Shown in pieces: positions 49,205 to 59,152 of a DNA stretch of 64,000 bases (its first letter is position 1; the number at the start of each line of letters is the position of its first letter). Origin of the DNA: an uncultured Acidobacteriota bacterium (lineage in GTDB: Bacteria > Acidobacteriota > Thermoanaerobaculia > UBA5066); assembly GCA_963779415.1 (NCBI GenBank), contig CAVZYA010000002.1, positions 480,001-544,000 on the forward strand, in the 5' to 3' direction. Under the pieces are notes generated by a model. That model worked only from the letters and a program-made list of their open reading frames with translations. It had not been told where the DNA came from and ran no database searches. A program made the translations under genes and the position numbers.

Positions 49205-50532
49205 GGGGCGCCGCCGGCGGACGGCTTCTTCGGCGGCGAGGTCCGCTTCGGGTGGTACTCGGGGTTGTCGGGGTCGAGCTCGGCGGCGCGCTTCCACGCC
49301 GCGGCGGCGGCGACCGTGTCGCCAGTGGCGTCGAGCGCGGCGCCGAGGGCCGCTTCGGCCGCCGCGTCCTCCCCCCGGGAGAGGGTGACGGCACGCCGGG
49401 CGTGGGCGACGGCCTCCGGACGAGCCTTGAGGGCGAGGGCGACGCGCGAGGCCCGGACGTAGGCCTGGGGGTCGCTCCCCCATCGCGTGAGGGCCGCGTC
49501 GAGCGCCGCCTTCGCCTCCCGGGTCTTCCCCGCCGCGGCCAGCGCGTCGGCGATGTCCATCTCCCGCTCGCCCCGGGTCGCCGGGGGCGCGCCGGCCGCA
49601 TCCGAGAGGAGGGCGGCCTTCGTCAGGTCGGCGATCGCCGCGTCGCCACGTCCCGCCTTCCGCTCGATGGCGCCGAGGAGCGCGTAGAGATCGGCCGCGT
49701 ACGGACCGGACTCGCCGAGTGTCTTGAGCGTCGTCGTCACCGTCTCGCGGGCGGCGGCCGTCTCCCCCTGCCGGAGCTGCTCGCGGCCGAGCGCGAGCGC
49801 GAGGACGGCGCGGCGGACGTCCGTGCCGACCCTCGGAATGAACGTGGCGACGAGGTCGGCGGTCTCGGGGGAGAGGTGCCCCTGGAAGTCCTCGAGCGCC
49901 GCGAGAAGCGCCAGGAGCTGGATGTTCGCGTCGGGACTTCCGAGATCCGCCTCCTCCGAGACGAGGCGGACGGCGATCGGGCGGAGGCGTGCCACGTCGT
50001 TCCGGCGCGCGAGGTCCTGCGCCACGATCGCGGCCTCCCGCGGAGTCCAGTTCGTCCGGAGACGCGCGAGCGCCTCGAGAAGCGGCGTCTTCCCTTCGAG
50101 GATGGCCTTCCCGGCGGTGATGAAGGCGGCCGGCGGGTAGACGGCGATGAGGCGGTCGATCTCGTTCCCCGACGGATCGAGAAAGAGGATCGTCGGGAAG
50201 GAGCTGACCATGTAACGCTGCGCGATCTTCCGCCCTTCCCCCTTCTCGGCGTCCACCTTCACCGCGATGAGGTTCGCCTTCACCCACGCGCCGACGGATG
50301 GATCCGAAAAAGTCGTCCGGTCCAGCATTTTGCAGGGACCGCACCAGACCGCGAAGACGTCGACCATGACGCCCTTCTTCTCGGCCTTCGCGCGCCGGAG
50401 CGACTCGGAGAGCGGGCGCCCCTGGACGAAGGGGACGGCGAGCGGCCGCGGCGCCTCCTCCGCGCGGAGCGATGCGGCGGCGATGAGGAGGGCGGCGGCG
50501 ACGGCGGGGGCGTGGCGGTGATGCGCGGACAT
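49201..50532 (-). CDS. secreted thioredoxin-fold + TPR protein
   Basis: Signal peptide, WCGPCK, FPTILFLD and TPR helices ending ELDPDN. Confidence 0.8.
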   Translation of the reverse strand: MSAHHRHAPAVAAALLIAAASLRAEEAPRPLAVPFVQGRPLSESLRRAKAEKKGVMVDVFAVWCGPCKMLDRTTFSDPSVGAWVKANLIAVKVDAEKGEGRKIAQRYMVSSFPTILFLDPSGNEIDRLIAVYPPAAFITAGKAILEGKTPLLEALARLRTNWTPREAAIVAQDLARRNDVARLRPIAVRLVSEEADLGSPDANIQLLALLAALEDFQGHLSPETADLVATFIPRVGTDVRRAVLALALGREQLRQGETAAARETVTTTLKTLGESGPYAADLYALLGAIERKAGRGDAAIADLTKAALLSDAAGAPPATRGEREMDIADALAAAGKTREAKAALDAALTRWGSDPQAYVRASRVALALKARPEAVAHARRAVTLSRGEDAAAEAALGAALDATGDTVAAAAAWKRAAELDPDNPEYHPKRTSPPKKPSAGGAP

Positions 50533-50580
50533 CGGCGAACCGCCATGAAACCACGCGCCTCGGGGGCGTGTCCACCGGCG

Positions 50581-51384
50581 TCAGAAGGCAGGACGAAGGG
50601 GATCGATCTCCGGCGGGGGAGGGTCGCCGTCGTAGACGACCGCCTCGAGGAAGAGGCCGGACGGGGGAGCCGTCCACTTCGCGGGATCGGCCGAGCGCGT
50701 CGCGAGAAGCTCTCCGACGCGTTCCGGGAGGAGGTGTCCCCGCCCCACCTCGAGAAGAGTACCGACGAGCCGGCGGACCATCCGCCAGAGGAAGTGCGAC
50801 GCCGCGATCCGGAAGAGGATCAGGTCGGGAAGGGCGGCGGGCGTCTCGACGCGCGCCCAGTCGACGTGGACGAGCGTCGAGTCGTGCCCCTCGGGGTTCT
50901 CCGTGAAGCTCGCGAAGTCGTGCTTCCCCGCGAGGAGCGCGGCCGCCTCCCGCATCGCGCCGGCGTCGAGCCGGTCCTTGACCCAGTAGACGAACGGCTT
51001 GCCGAAGGCGGTCCGGCGCCGCGAGATCCGGTACCGGTAGATCCGGAGGCGGGCGTCGTGCCGCGCGTGAAAGCCCGGCGACGCCGGCGCGAGCGCGAGA
51101 AGGTGGACGTCGGCCGGAAGGCGGTCGTTGATCTCGCGCGCCAGGTGCAGGAGATCGGGAAGAGGGGCCGCCGCGGGGAGGTTGAGCGACGCGACCTGCG
51201 CGAAGGCATGGACGCCCGCGTCGGTCCGCCCGGCCCCGTAGATCCGGACGCCGTCGCCGATCGCCTCGCGGACGGCGGCGGCAAAGACGCCTCCGACCGT
51301 CCGTGCGTTCACCTGCGCCTGCCAGCCGCGATAGCGGGTGCCGTCGTACTCGAGTGTGGCGCGGAGGACGCGGGCGGGGCTCAC
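50581..51384 (-). CDS. truA: tRNA pseudouridine(38-40) synthase
   Basis: YDGTRYRGWQ, GAGRTDAGVHA, FHAR, HDFASF, FLWRMVR and APPSGLFL. Confidence 0.93.
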   Translation of the reverse strand: MSPARVLRATLEYDGTRYRGWQAQVNARTVGGVFAAAVREAIGDGVRIYGAGRTDAGVHAFAQVASLNLPAAAPLPDLLHLAREINDRLPADVHLLALAPASPGFHARHDARLRIYRYRISRRRTAFGKPFVYWVKDRLDAGAMREAAALLAGKHDFASFTENPEGHDSTLVHVDWARVETPAALPDLILFRIAASHFLWRMVRRLVGTLLEVGRGHLLPERVGELLATRSADPAKWTAPPSGLFLEAVVYDGDPPPPEIDPLRPAF

Positions 51385-51406
51385 TTCGCTATTCTCGCCC
51401 GAGGCG

Positions 51407-52588
51407 ATGGCGACGGGAGAAATCGGACGGGACGCGCCCCTGACGCTCGCGCGCCTCCCCGAGGCGGAGACCGCCGGGAGGGAGGCGATCGCGGCGCTCG
51501 TGTCGGCGGCGGAGGACGCGGCGGGGGAGGCTTTCCTGGGCGCGGCTCTCGGCGGGCCTCCCGGCGCGGGAGAAGGGGCCGTGAGGCGGAGAGGGGGCCA
51601 GCCCTTTCTCGCGGACCCGCTCGAGCTTCTCGTGGTCGTCGGCGCGCCGCTTCGCTCCGTCCCGGCGATCGGCGGGCGCGTCCGGAAGGGCGTGGCGGCC
51701 GCGGCGCGCGCGCGCCGTGTCGTGGGGGACGCGGATGTCGTGGCGCGCGCGGCAATCCCTTTCCTTCCCCCGACGCTCCGGAACCTCGAACTCGTCGGCG
51801 CGGGACGGCTCCTCGCCGGCCGGCCCGGGCTTCTCGCGGAGGCTCCCGATCCGGCGACCACCTTCCCCGGGGAGACGGAAGGGGTGCGCCTCCTCGTCCG
51901 GCGCGGGGCGGACCTCCTCCGTGCCGAGGCGATCGCGGACGGAGCGCCCCGGGGGCATGCGGCGGAGGAGGCGCTCCGGATCGTCGACGAGACCGATCTC
52001 GGGCTCGGGGCGGCCGCGCTTCTCGCGGCGGGGCGCTGGGTTCCGGGTCTCTCCCGTCGTGACACGGCGCTCCGCGATCTGGCCGCTCCGGGCCCTGCCG
52101 GGCGGCCGGCGACCGGCTTCCATACCCGGATGACATGGACACGCTTTCGCGACCTCGTGGACCGCCATCACGAGGCGCTCGCAAGGCGCGCGGAAGGGAG
52201 CGATCCGTCGGCCTCGGCGGACGTCCGGCGCGCCGTCGCCCGCGCGGCGGACCGCTGGCTCGAGGTGTTGCGCCTCCTGGAAGAGGCCCGCCTCGGCGTC
52301 GCGCTTCCCGACTGGTCGGAGCACGCGGCGGTCCTCGCGGCGCGGCGCGCGCCGGAGGCGGACGGTGTCCTCTTCGAGGACCTCTTCGGCAATGATGCGG
52401 CGCGGCGCGAGATGCGGCGTGCGGTTCGCCGCTGGGATCCGGCCGAGCGGCTCGCCCCCGCCCTCGCCGCTCTCGTCGACTGGGATCCGGGGGACCTGCC
52501 GATCGTGCCGGTCCTCCTCGACCTTCCGGAGAACGCGTCGCGCGAGGCAATGCGGCAGCGCGCCATCGCGTGGGGCGCCGCCGTCTGA
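51407..52588 (+). CDS. hypothetical protein, degenerate nucleotidyltransferase-like N-terminus
   Basis: LGGPPGAGEGAV resembles a GGxxGRGEG loop, but the following DxD is not evident. Confidence 0.55.
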   Translation: MATGEIGRDAPLTLARLPEAETAGREAIAALVSAAEDAAGEAFLGAALGGPPGAGEGAVRRRGGQPFLADPLELLVVVGAPLRSVPAIGGRVRKGVAAAARARRVVGDADVVARAAIPFLPPTLRNLELVGAGRLLAGRPGLLAEAPDPATTFPGETEGVRLLVRRGADLLRAEAIADGAPRGHAAEEALRIVDETDLGLGAAALLAAGRWVPGLSRRDTALRDLAAPGPAGRPATGFHTRMTWTRFRDLVDRHHEALARRAEGSDPSASADVRRAVARAADRWLEVLRLLEEARLGVALPDWSEHAAVLAARRAPEADGVLFEDLFGNDAARREMRRAVRRWDPAERLAPALAALVDWDPGDLPIVPVLLDLPENASREAMRQRAIAWGAAV

Positions 52589-52592
52589 CCCT

Positions 52593-53381
52593 TCAGAACG
52601 TGGAGCGGCCCCGGGTGAGGGCGAGACGGAAGTCGAGGAGGCCGCGGGTGCCGCGGACGGCAACGCGCCGGAGTCGAAACGGGCGGGAGAGGTCGGCGAC
52701 GATCCCGCCGCGGATCACGGTGGCGGCGCGAAAGCCGGCCCTCCGGACGGCGTCCTCCGCGCGGTCGTCGCAGGCGCCGTACGGGTAGCAGAACGAGAAG
52801 ACGGGTTCGCCGAGGACGGCTTCCAGCCGTTCCCGGCTTCCGCGCGTCTCGGCGTCGAGGGCGTCGTCCGGAAGCTCGGTGAGGGCCCGATGAGTCGCCC
52901 CGTGCGAGCCGACCTCCAGGCCGGCCGCGGCGATCTCCCGGAGGCCCGACTCCGAGAGAAGCCTCTCGCCGGGCGTCTCACCGTCCCAATCGTTCGTCCC
53001 GCCGAGCTTTCCGGAGACGACGAAGACCGTCGCGGCAAAGCCCCGCTCGCGAAGGAGCGGAAGCGCCGCCGTCCGGACGCCGTCGTAACCGTCGTCGAAG
53101 GTCAGGACGACGCGGCGGTCCGCGGGGCGCGGCGGATCGGCGAGGAGGTCCCGGAGGGCGACTCCCCGAAGGCCCCGGCTCGCGAGGAAACCGAGCTGCC
53201 GCCGGAAGTCCCCCTCGGAGACCCGCCACCGGTTGAGCGCCGATCCCTTCCGGTGGGGCGCCACCTGGTGGTACATCAGAAGGGGGACGCCTTCCTTCCG
53301 GGGACGCCACCAGTGAAAGCGGAGCGAGCCGCCGAGCGCCGAGAGTCCGGCCAGAGCCGCGGCGGCGGCGAGCGGCGTCAT
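52593..53381 (-). CDS. polysaccharide deacetylase (CE4)
   Basis: LMYHQV, LTFDDGY, ATVFVV, GSHGATH and FCYPYG. Confidence 0.9.
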   Translation of the reverse strand: MTPLAAAAALAGLSALGGSLRFHWWRPRKEGVPLLMYHQVAPHRKGSALNRWRVSEGDFRRQLGFLASRGLRGVALRDLLADPPRPADRRVVLTFDDGYDGVRTAALPLLRERGFAATVFVVSGKLGGTNDWDGETPGERLLSESGLREIAAAGLEVGSHGATHRALTELPDDALDAETRGSRERLEAVLGEPVFSFCYPYGACDDRAEDAVRRAGFRAATVIRGGIVADLSRPFRLRRVAVRGTRGLLDFRLALTRGRSTF

Positions 53382-54154
53382 GAAACGAGCGTTCGGAGCT
53401 TGAGGTACTTGAAGAGCGTGTTGCCCGAGGAGAGCGCGGCGTAGGTCAGCCCGGCCGCCCCGTCGAGGAAGCCGAGATGGACGAGCGAGCGGTCGAGGAA
53501 CTCCCAGACGACACGCAGGACGAGGAGGTGGGGGCCGCGCCGGCGCTCGGCGGCCTTCGCCTCCGCCCCGAGCGTCGTGTAGAGGTCGAGCTTCTCGAGA
53601 AAGTGGGGAAGGTCGCGGTAGGAGCGGTGGAGGATCCGGCCGCGCAGCGTCCCGACCGCGCCGGTCGCGACGACTTTCTCGTGCACCTTCGCGTCGGAGA
53701 AGCGGCAGACGTCGCGGCGGTAGAGGCGCACGGGCGTCACGACGGTGTCCTTGCCGAAGCGGAGGACACGCCCCAGGAACTCGAGGTGGATCGGGACGCG
53801 GAACGCGACGGGCGCGTGGGCGCCGTCCGCGCCCGCGGCGTCGAGCCGGGCCGTGATCTCGGCGGCCAGCTCGGGGAGGACGATCTCGTCGGCGTCGACG
53901 GAGAAGATCCACGGGGCGGTCGTCTCGTCCGCGGCGGCGTTCTTCTGCGGCCCGAACCCGTCGAAGACCCGGACGATCACGCGCGCGCCGGCCGCGCGCG
54001 CCACCTCTTCCGTCCGGTCGGTCGTGGCCGCGTCGACGACGACGACGACCTCGTCGGCGAACGAGACGGAGGCGAGCGTGGCGGGAAGCCGGTCCTCCTC
54101 GTCGCGCGCGACGATCGTGGCGGCGAGGCGCGCTCGCGCGGCCGGGCGTTCCAT
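53378..54154 (-). CDS. glycosyltransferase family 2 (WaaE/KdtX-like)
   Basis: GFGPQKN, WIFSVDADE, VHE, HRSY and GFLDG..G. Confidence 0.88.
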   Translation of the reverse strand: MERPAARARLAATIVARDEEDRLPATLASVSFADEVVVVVDAATTDRTEEVARAAGARVIVRVFDGFGPQKNAAADETTAPWIFSVDADEIVLPELAAEITARLDAAGADGAHAPVAFRVPIHLEFLGRVLRFGKDTVVTPVRLYRRDVCRFSDAKVHEKVVATGAVGTLRGRILHRSYRDLPHFLEKLDLYTTLGAEAKAAERRRGPHLLVLRVVWEFLDRSLVHLGFLDGAAGLTYAALSSGNTLFKYLKLRTLVS

Positions 54155-54201
54155 GGCGCGGAAGTATGGCGCGGCCGTCGCCGTCCGTATACTGTCGCGC
54201 C

Positions 54202-55941
54202 GTGAGACTGGAGGGCGCGGCGCCCGAAGATCCCGAAGCCTCGGGACGTCTTCTCTTCGCGCTGGCGCTTCTCGCCGGCGCGCTGCTCCGCCTCGTTCTC
54301 CTCGGGCGCCCCGACCTTTTCGGCGCGGACGAAGGGGCGTGGGCTCTCGGCGCGCGCAACCTCGTGGAAGGCGGGCTCGCGCAGGCGGCGGCCCTCTCCG
54401 ACCATCCGCTCGGAGCGCCGGCGGGGACGCCGTTCCTTTTTCCCGCGGTCCTCTCCGTGATGGTGCGTGTCTTCGGGGCGGAGGAGTGGGCGATCCGGCT
54501 TCCGTCCGCCTTCGCGGGGCTCGTCGGCGCCTTCCTCCTCGAGCGGATCGTCCGGCGCGGGTGGGGGCAACCCGCCGGGCACCTCGCGGGGGCTTTCGCG
54601 GCGCTCCTGCCGCCGCTCGTCTCGGCGTCACGGATGGCTACGGTCGAGCCGACGCTCGTCGCCCTCGGCCTCGGCGGGATCATCTTCGGCCTTCGCGCCT
54701 TCGAGGAAGACCTCCCGATGGAGGGGGCGCTCGCGGGCCTCCTCTTCGGCCTCGGGTTCCTCGCGAAGGGGTACGCCGTCGGGCTCTACCTCGCGCCGCT
54801 CCTCCTCGCGCTCGCGGTCAAGCCGCGCCTCTTCGGTCTCGGGCGGACGGCCCGATCGCTCGGATTTCTCCTCGGCGCGTTCGTCCTCGTAGGCTCGGCG
54901 CAGCTCCTGCTCGTCGCATTCCTCAGGCCGTCGCTCTTCGCCTTCCAGCTCGCGACCCTCTTCGGCGCCTCCGAGGCCGCGGCTCGCGCCGCCACGCAGC
55001 CGACCGCGTTCGGAGCGGACCTCAAGAGCCTCGTCTCGACGCTCTTCTTCTTTCTTCCGCTCGGCGGCCTCGGCCTCGCGTTCCTCTCGCGCCCGGTCGG
55101 TGAGGCCGAGGTCGAGTCGGGGGCGACCGGGGGTCCGCGGCGGCTCGACCACGGCGTCCTCTGGGGGACGTTCCTCGTCGAGCTCCTCGCGATCGTCGCC
55201 GTCGCGGGCCGGATGAAGCTCTCGTCGATTCCGGTTCTCCCCGTCGTCGCGGCCCTCGCCGGCCTCGGCGGGACGGCGCTGCTCCGTTTTCCGGCCGAGC
55301 CGGGACGGCGTCGGCGCGAGGCGATCGCGGCGGCGGCGGGAGGGCTGGTCGTCCTCGGGGCGTCCGCCCTCTTCGTGGCTTCGCCGGTGGAGCCGCTCTT
55401 CGGCGGGCGCGAGCGGCCGATCGACGTCACGGCCGCCCTCGCGGCGATCGCGGGCGTCGGCGCTCTCTCGGCGTTCCTCGCCTGGGGCGGCGGACGGAGG
55501 CTGATCGGGGGGAGGCTCCCGCTTCTCTTCCTCTCGGGGCTTCTCGTCGCGGGAGGGATCGAATCGGCGCACGCGATCCGCTTCGCGCTCCTCACGCACC
55601 GGACCGGCGCCGGGGAAGCGGGCGTCGAGATCGCCCCCCTGCTCGCCGGGTCGCCGCCGGAGCGCCCCTCCTTCCGTGCCGTCGAGCGGGAGTCGCTGGA
55701 GTTCCACCTCTTCCGGACGAGCGCCTCGTGGGAGACGCTCACGACGCCGGAGGGGCTCGCGGAGGAGATCGCGGAGGGCGCGATGAAGAGCTGGATCTAC
55801 GCCGCGGCCGCGCCTCCGGGGCCGCTCGCGCCGCCGCCCGACGTGAAGAGCGCGCTCAATGCCTCCACCCGCGACGTGACGGCCGATGTGAACGCCCGGG
55901 CCGGAAGGACGACGGACCTCCGCGTTTTCGTCCGTCGTTGA
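54202..55941 (+). CDS. ArnT/PMT-like (GT-C) membrane glycosyltransferase
   Basis: DE motif after TM1, EWAIRLPSA, GLGFLAKG and many TM helices. Confidence 0.8.
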   Translation: MRLEGAAPEDPEASGRLLFALALLAGALLRLVLLGRPDLFGADEGAWALGARNLVEGGLAQAAALSDHPLGAPAGTPFLFPAVLSVMVRVFGAEEWAIRLPSAFAGLVGAFLLERIVRRGWGQPAGHLAGAFAALLPPLVSASRMATVEPTLVALGLGGIIFGLRAFEEDLPMEGALAGLLFGLGFLAKGYAVGLYLAPLLLALAVKPRLFGLGRTARSLGFLLGAFVLVGSAQLLLVAFLRPSLFAFQLATLFGASEAAARAATQPTAFGADLKSLVSTLFFFLPLGGLGLAFLSRPVGEAEVESGATGGPRRLDHGVLWGTFLVELLAIVAVAGRMKLSSIPVLPVVAALAGLGGTALLRFPAEPGRRRREAIAAAAGGLVVLGASALFVASPVEPLFGGRERPIDVTAALAAIAGVGALSAFLAWGGGRRLIGGRLPLLFLSGLLVAGGIESAHAIRFALLTHRTGAGEAGVEIAPLLAGSPPERPSFRAVERESLEFHLFRTSASWETLTTPEGLAEEIAEGAMKSWIYAAAAPPGPLAPPPDVKSALNASTRDVTADVNARAGRTTDLRVFVRR

Positions 55942-55954
55942 TAATCGCGGGTCG

Positions 55955-57292
55955 ATGACGACCGTCGTCTTCGCCGACCGGGATGGAGCCGCCTTCGGAC
56001 CGCTCTCGGGGCGGATCGTTCCGGCCCTCCTCCCGATTCAGGGAGTCCCGGCTCTCGAGCGGATGCTGACGGCGCTCGTCTCGGCCGGCATCCGGGACGC
56101 CCTCCTCGTCGTCGGCCCGCGGGCCGACGAGATCGAGAAACGGTTCGGCAAGGGGATCCGCTGGGGGATCGCCCTCGAGTACGTCCGGCGGGGAGAGGAC
56201 GAAACGCCGGGGGATCTCCTCCGGCGGCTCGAGCAGCGGCTCGACGGCGAGACGCTCGTCCTGCGCGGAGACGTCGGGGCGCACGCGGCCGTCGGGGAGT
56301 TCCTTCGCGAGGTGGAGGGAAGGCGCGGCCCGATCGTGGCCGGCGTCACGGACGGAAGGCCGGCAGGCTTCTGGCGGCTCCTGCCGGGAGCGATCAAGAA
56401 GAAGGAGCTGCCGCGCGAGCCGGCGTCGCCCGAGTGGACCCTGGACAAGGACCAGGTCCCGCTCCCGCTCGCGACGCCGTTCACGCTCCTCGAATCCGTC
56501 GTGTCGTACCGGGCCGCGGACCGCGGCGCGTCCGTCGCGATCTCGCCGCGAGGCGTGGCGGAGCCCGGTGCGAAGCTCCTCCCCGGGAGCACGGTCGGCG
56601 AGGAGGCGCTCGTCCTTTCGGGCGCCTCGCTCGCGGAGACGGGCGTTCTTCCGCGTACCGTCATCCCTCCGGGCGTCTCCCTCACGAGCGCGGTCGTCTC
56701 CGGAAACCTCGTCGTCGACGCGGGAAGCGGCACGGTCTCGCGCCTCACGGACCTCCTCCCGCCGCCGGGGGGCGGACGCTTTTCGTCCGGGAAGGGGGCG
56801 GCATTCGCCCTCTTCCTCCTCTCCCTTCCGCTCTGGCCCCTGGCGTTCCTCTGGTCTCTCGTCGCGAACGCCGGGCACGCGACGCGGGAACTGACCTGGA
56901 ACGGGAACGGCTCTTCGGGGCGCGAGCCGTTCACGGCGTTTCGTTTCGAGACCGCGATCCCGGTCCTCCGGGATCTGCCGCTCCTTCTCGCCGTCCTCAC
57001 GGGGAAGCTGGCGCTCACGGGGGTGACCCCGCTCCCACCCGCGGAGGAGACGGCCCTCACGGAAAGCTGGGAAAAGGTCCGCCTCGAGGCGCCTGCCGGC
57101 CTTCTCTCTCTCGTCCGCCTCGCCGTTCCCGCCTCCGCGCCGGCCGAGGTGACCCGTCTCGTCGACTCCTTCGAGGCGCGGCGGCCGTCGCCGCTCCTCC
57201 TTCGGGCTCTCCGCGCCCTCTTCACGGCGCGGGCGTGGACGGCGTCGAGTGTCTGGAACCCGGACCAGCTCGCCGAGGAGGAAAACCGATGA
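55955..57292 (+). CDS. nucleotidyltransferase-like / left-handed beta-helix / sugar-transferase-like fusion protein
   Basis: PALLPI.G.P.LE and G.RWGI.LEY, a hexapeptide-like region, then TM and LP.LL.VL.GKL.L.G. Confidence 0.65.
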   Translation: MTTVVFADRDGAAFGPLSGRIVPALLPIQGVPALERMLTALVSAGIRDALLVVGPRADEIEKRFGKGIRWGIALEYVRRGEDETPGDLLRRLEQRLDGETLVLRGDVGAHAAVGEFLREVEGRRGPIVAGVTDGRPAGFWRLLPGAIKKKELPREPASPEWTLDKDQVPLPLATPFTLLESVVSYRAADRGASVAISPRGVAEPGAKLLPGSTVGEEALVLSGASLAETGVLPRTVIPPGVSLTSAVVSGNLVVDAGSGTVSRLTDLLPPPGGGRFSSGKGAAFALFLLSLPLWPLAFLWSLVANAGHATRELTWNGNGSSGREPFTAFRFETAIPVLRDLPLLLAVLTGKLALTGVTPLPPAEETALTESWEKVRLEAPAGLLSLVRLAVPASAPAEVTRLVDSFEARRPSPLLLRALRALFTARAWTASSVWNPDQLAEEENR

Positions 57293-58665
57293 ACGAGCGG
57301 ATCATCCGTTCGCCATGGGACGGCCGCGAGGCGGGACGCGTTCCCGTCCCATCCCCGTCCGAGGTCGAGACCGCCGTCGCCGGGGCCGCGAAGGTCTTCG
57401 AAGCGACACGAAAGTTCCCGACGTATCGCCGTGCGGGAATTCTCCGCACCGTCGCGGAGGCGCTTCTCTCGAAGAAGGAACCGCTCGCGCGGACGATCGC
57501 CCTCGAAGCCGGAAAGCCGCTCAAGGCGGCCCGCGCCGAGGTGGAGCGCGCCTCGGGAACGTTCGCCGCCGCGGCGGCCGCCGTCGAGACGGGAGCAGGG
57601 ACCCACTTTCCTCTCGACCTGAACGCCGCGTCGGCCGGGAAGTGGGGGATCCTCCGGCGTGTCCCGATCGGCCCGGTTTGCGCGATCACGCCGTTCAACT
57701 TCCCGCTCAACCTGACGTCCCACAAGGTGGCCCCCGCGATCGGCGTCGGCGCGCCCGTCGTCCAGAAGCCGGCCTCGCAGACACCTCTCTCCGCCATCGC
57801 GCTTCGGGAGATCGTCCTTTCCGCCGGCTGGCCGGAGGAGGCTTACGCCGTCCTCTGCATCTCGGGCGCCGACGGCGAGAGGCTCGTGACCGATCCGCGC
57901 CTTCCCGTCGTCTCCTTCACCGGCTCCGGCCCGGTCGGGTGGCGGCTGAAGGAGATCGCCCCCCGGAAGCGCGTCGGACTCGAGCTGGGGGGAAACGCCG
58001 GGCTCGTCATCCACGAGGACGCCGACCTCGCCGATGCCGCCGCGCGCGCCGCGAGCGGCGGCTTCGTCTACGCTGGGCAGTCGTGCATCTCGGTCCAGCG
58101 GATTCTCGTCCACCGCCCGGCGTACGGCGCTTTCCGCGATCTCCTTCTCGCCGCGACGGCGCGGATGAAGACCGGCGACCCGCTCGACGAGAGCGTGGAC
58201 GTCGGGCCGATGATCAGCGAGGCCGACGCGGTCCGCGCCGAGTCGTGGGTGAAAGAGGCGATCGCCGGGGGAGCGGAGCTTCTGACCGGAGGAAAGCGGT
58301 CGGGCGCGGTTCTTCTGCCGACGGTCCTCGCGCGGACGACGGCCGCGATGAAGGTTGAGTGCCAGGAGGTCTTCGCCCCGGTCGTGACGCTCGCGCCTTA
58401 CGACACCTTCGAAGAAGCCCTCGCCCGCGTGAACGACTCGAAATACGGCCTCCAGGCCGGCCTCTTCACGAACGACCTCGAGCGGATCCAGAGGGCGTTC
58501 GACACGCTCGAGGTGGGCGGGATCATCGTCAACGACGCGCCGACGTGGCGGGCCGACCGGATGCCGTATGGCGGCGTGAAGGAGTCGGGCGTCGGGCGGG
58601 AAGGGCCTCTCTACGCGATGGAGGAGTTCACCGAGCCGCGCCTCCTCGTTCTCCGCGCTCCCTGA
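57289..58665 (+). CDS. aldehyde dehydrogenase family protein
   Basis: ITPFNFPLNL, SFTGS, LELGGN, AGQSCIS, EVFAPV and PYGGVKESG.GREG. Confidence 0.93.
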   Translation: MNERIIRSPWDGREAGRVPVPSPSEVETAVAGAAKVFEATRKFPTYRRAGILRTVAEALLSKKEPLARTIALEAGKPLKAARAEVERASGTFAAAAAAVETGAGTHFPLDLNAASAGKWGILRRVPIGPVCAITPFNFPLNLTSHKVAPAIGVGAPVVQKPASQTPLSAIALREIVLSAGWPEEAYAVLCISGADGERLVTDPRLPVVSFTGSGPVGWRLKEIAPRKRVGLELGGNAGLVIHEDADLADAAARAASGGFVYAGQSCISVQRILVHRPAYGAFRDLLLAATARMKTGDPLDESVDVGPMISEADAVRAESWVKEAIAGGAELLTGGKRSGAVLLPTVLARTTAAMKVECQEVFAPVVTLAPYDTFEEALARVNDSKYGLQAGLFTNDLERIQRAFDTLEVGGIIVNDAPTWRADRMPYGGVKESGVGREGPLYAMEEFTEPRLLVLRAP

Positions 58666-58676
58666 AAGGAAGACCG

Positions 58677-59126
58677 ATGTCCGAAGAGCACGTCTACCGC
58701 GTCTCCTCGTCGTGGAATCCCGCCGAGAAGCAGGGACACCTCACCTCCGGGAGCGGCACGCTCGCCACGCCTTTCGGCGGAGCCCCGTCACTCGGAGGGC
58801 GCGCCGACCGGACGAACCCGGAGGAGCTTCTTCTTGCGGCGCTCGAAGCCTGCTTCATCCAGTATTGGGCGATCTTCCTCGCCAAGCTGAAAGTGCCGCT
58901 CGAGAAGCCCCTTCTCGACGGCCGGTGCGAGCTGGAGAAGGACCCGGCTGGCGGCTTTCGCGTGGCGAAGCTCTTTCTCGTCCCCCACGTCCCGAAGACG
59001 GTCTGGGACGAGCGGAAGGGGGACGTCGAGAAGACCCTCGAGCTCGCGGAGAAGTACTGCATCGTCTCGAAAGTGGTCCGCGGCTCGGGCCTCGCGATCG
59101 AGGTCAGCCCGAACGTCGTCCCGTAG
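58677..59126 (+). CDS. OsmC family protein
   Basis: TNPEELLLAALEACF and AEKYCIVS, with both Cys. Confidence 0.88.
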   Translation: MSEEHVYRVSSSWNPAEKQGHLTSGSGTLATPFGGAPSLGGRADRTNPEELLLAALEACFIQYWAIFLAKLKVPLEKPLLDGRCELEKDPAGGFRVAKLFLVPHVPKTVWDERKGDVEKTLELAEKYCIVSKVVRGSGLAIEVSPNVVP

Positions 59127-59152
59127 GGGGGCGCCGGACGCGGACGGTCGCG

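Noticed and set aside
49006-52062. Very long Arg/Gly/Pro-rich ORFs (e.g. 49006-52062, 39814-41676, 44210-46234)
   Set aside because: These are shadow ORFs, antisense or out of frame to recognisable genes, as expected in high-GC DNA.
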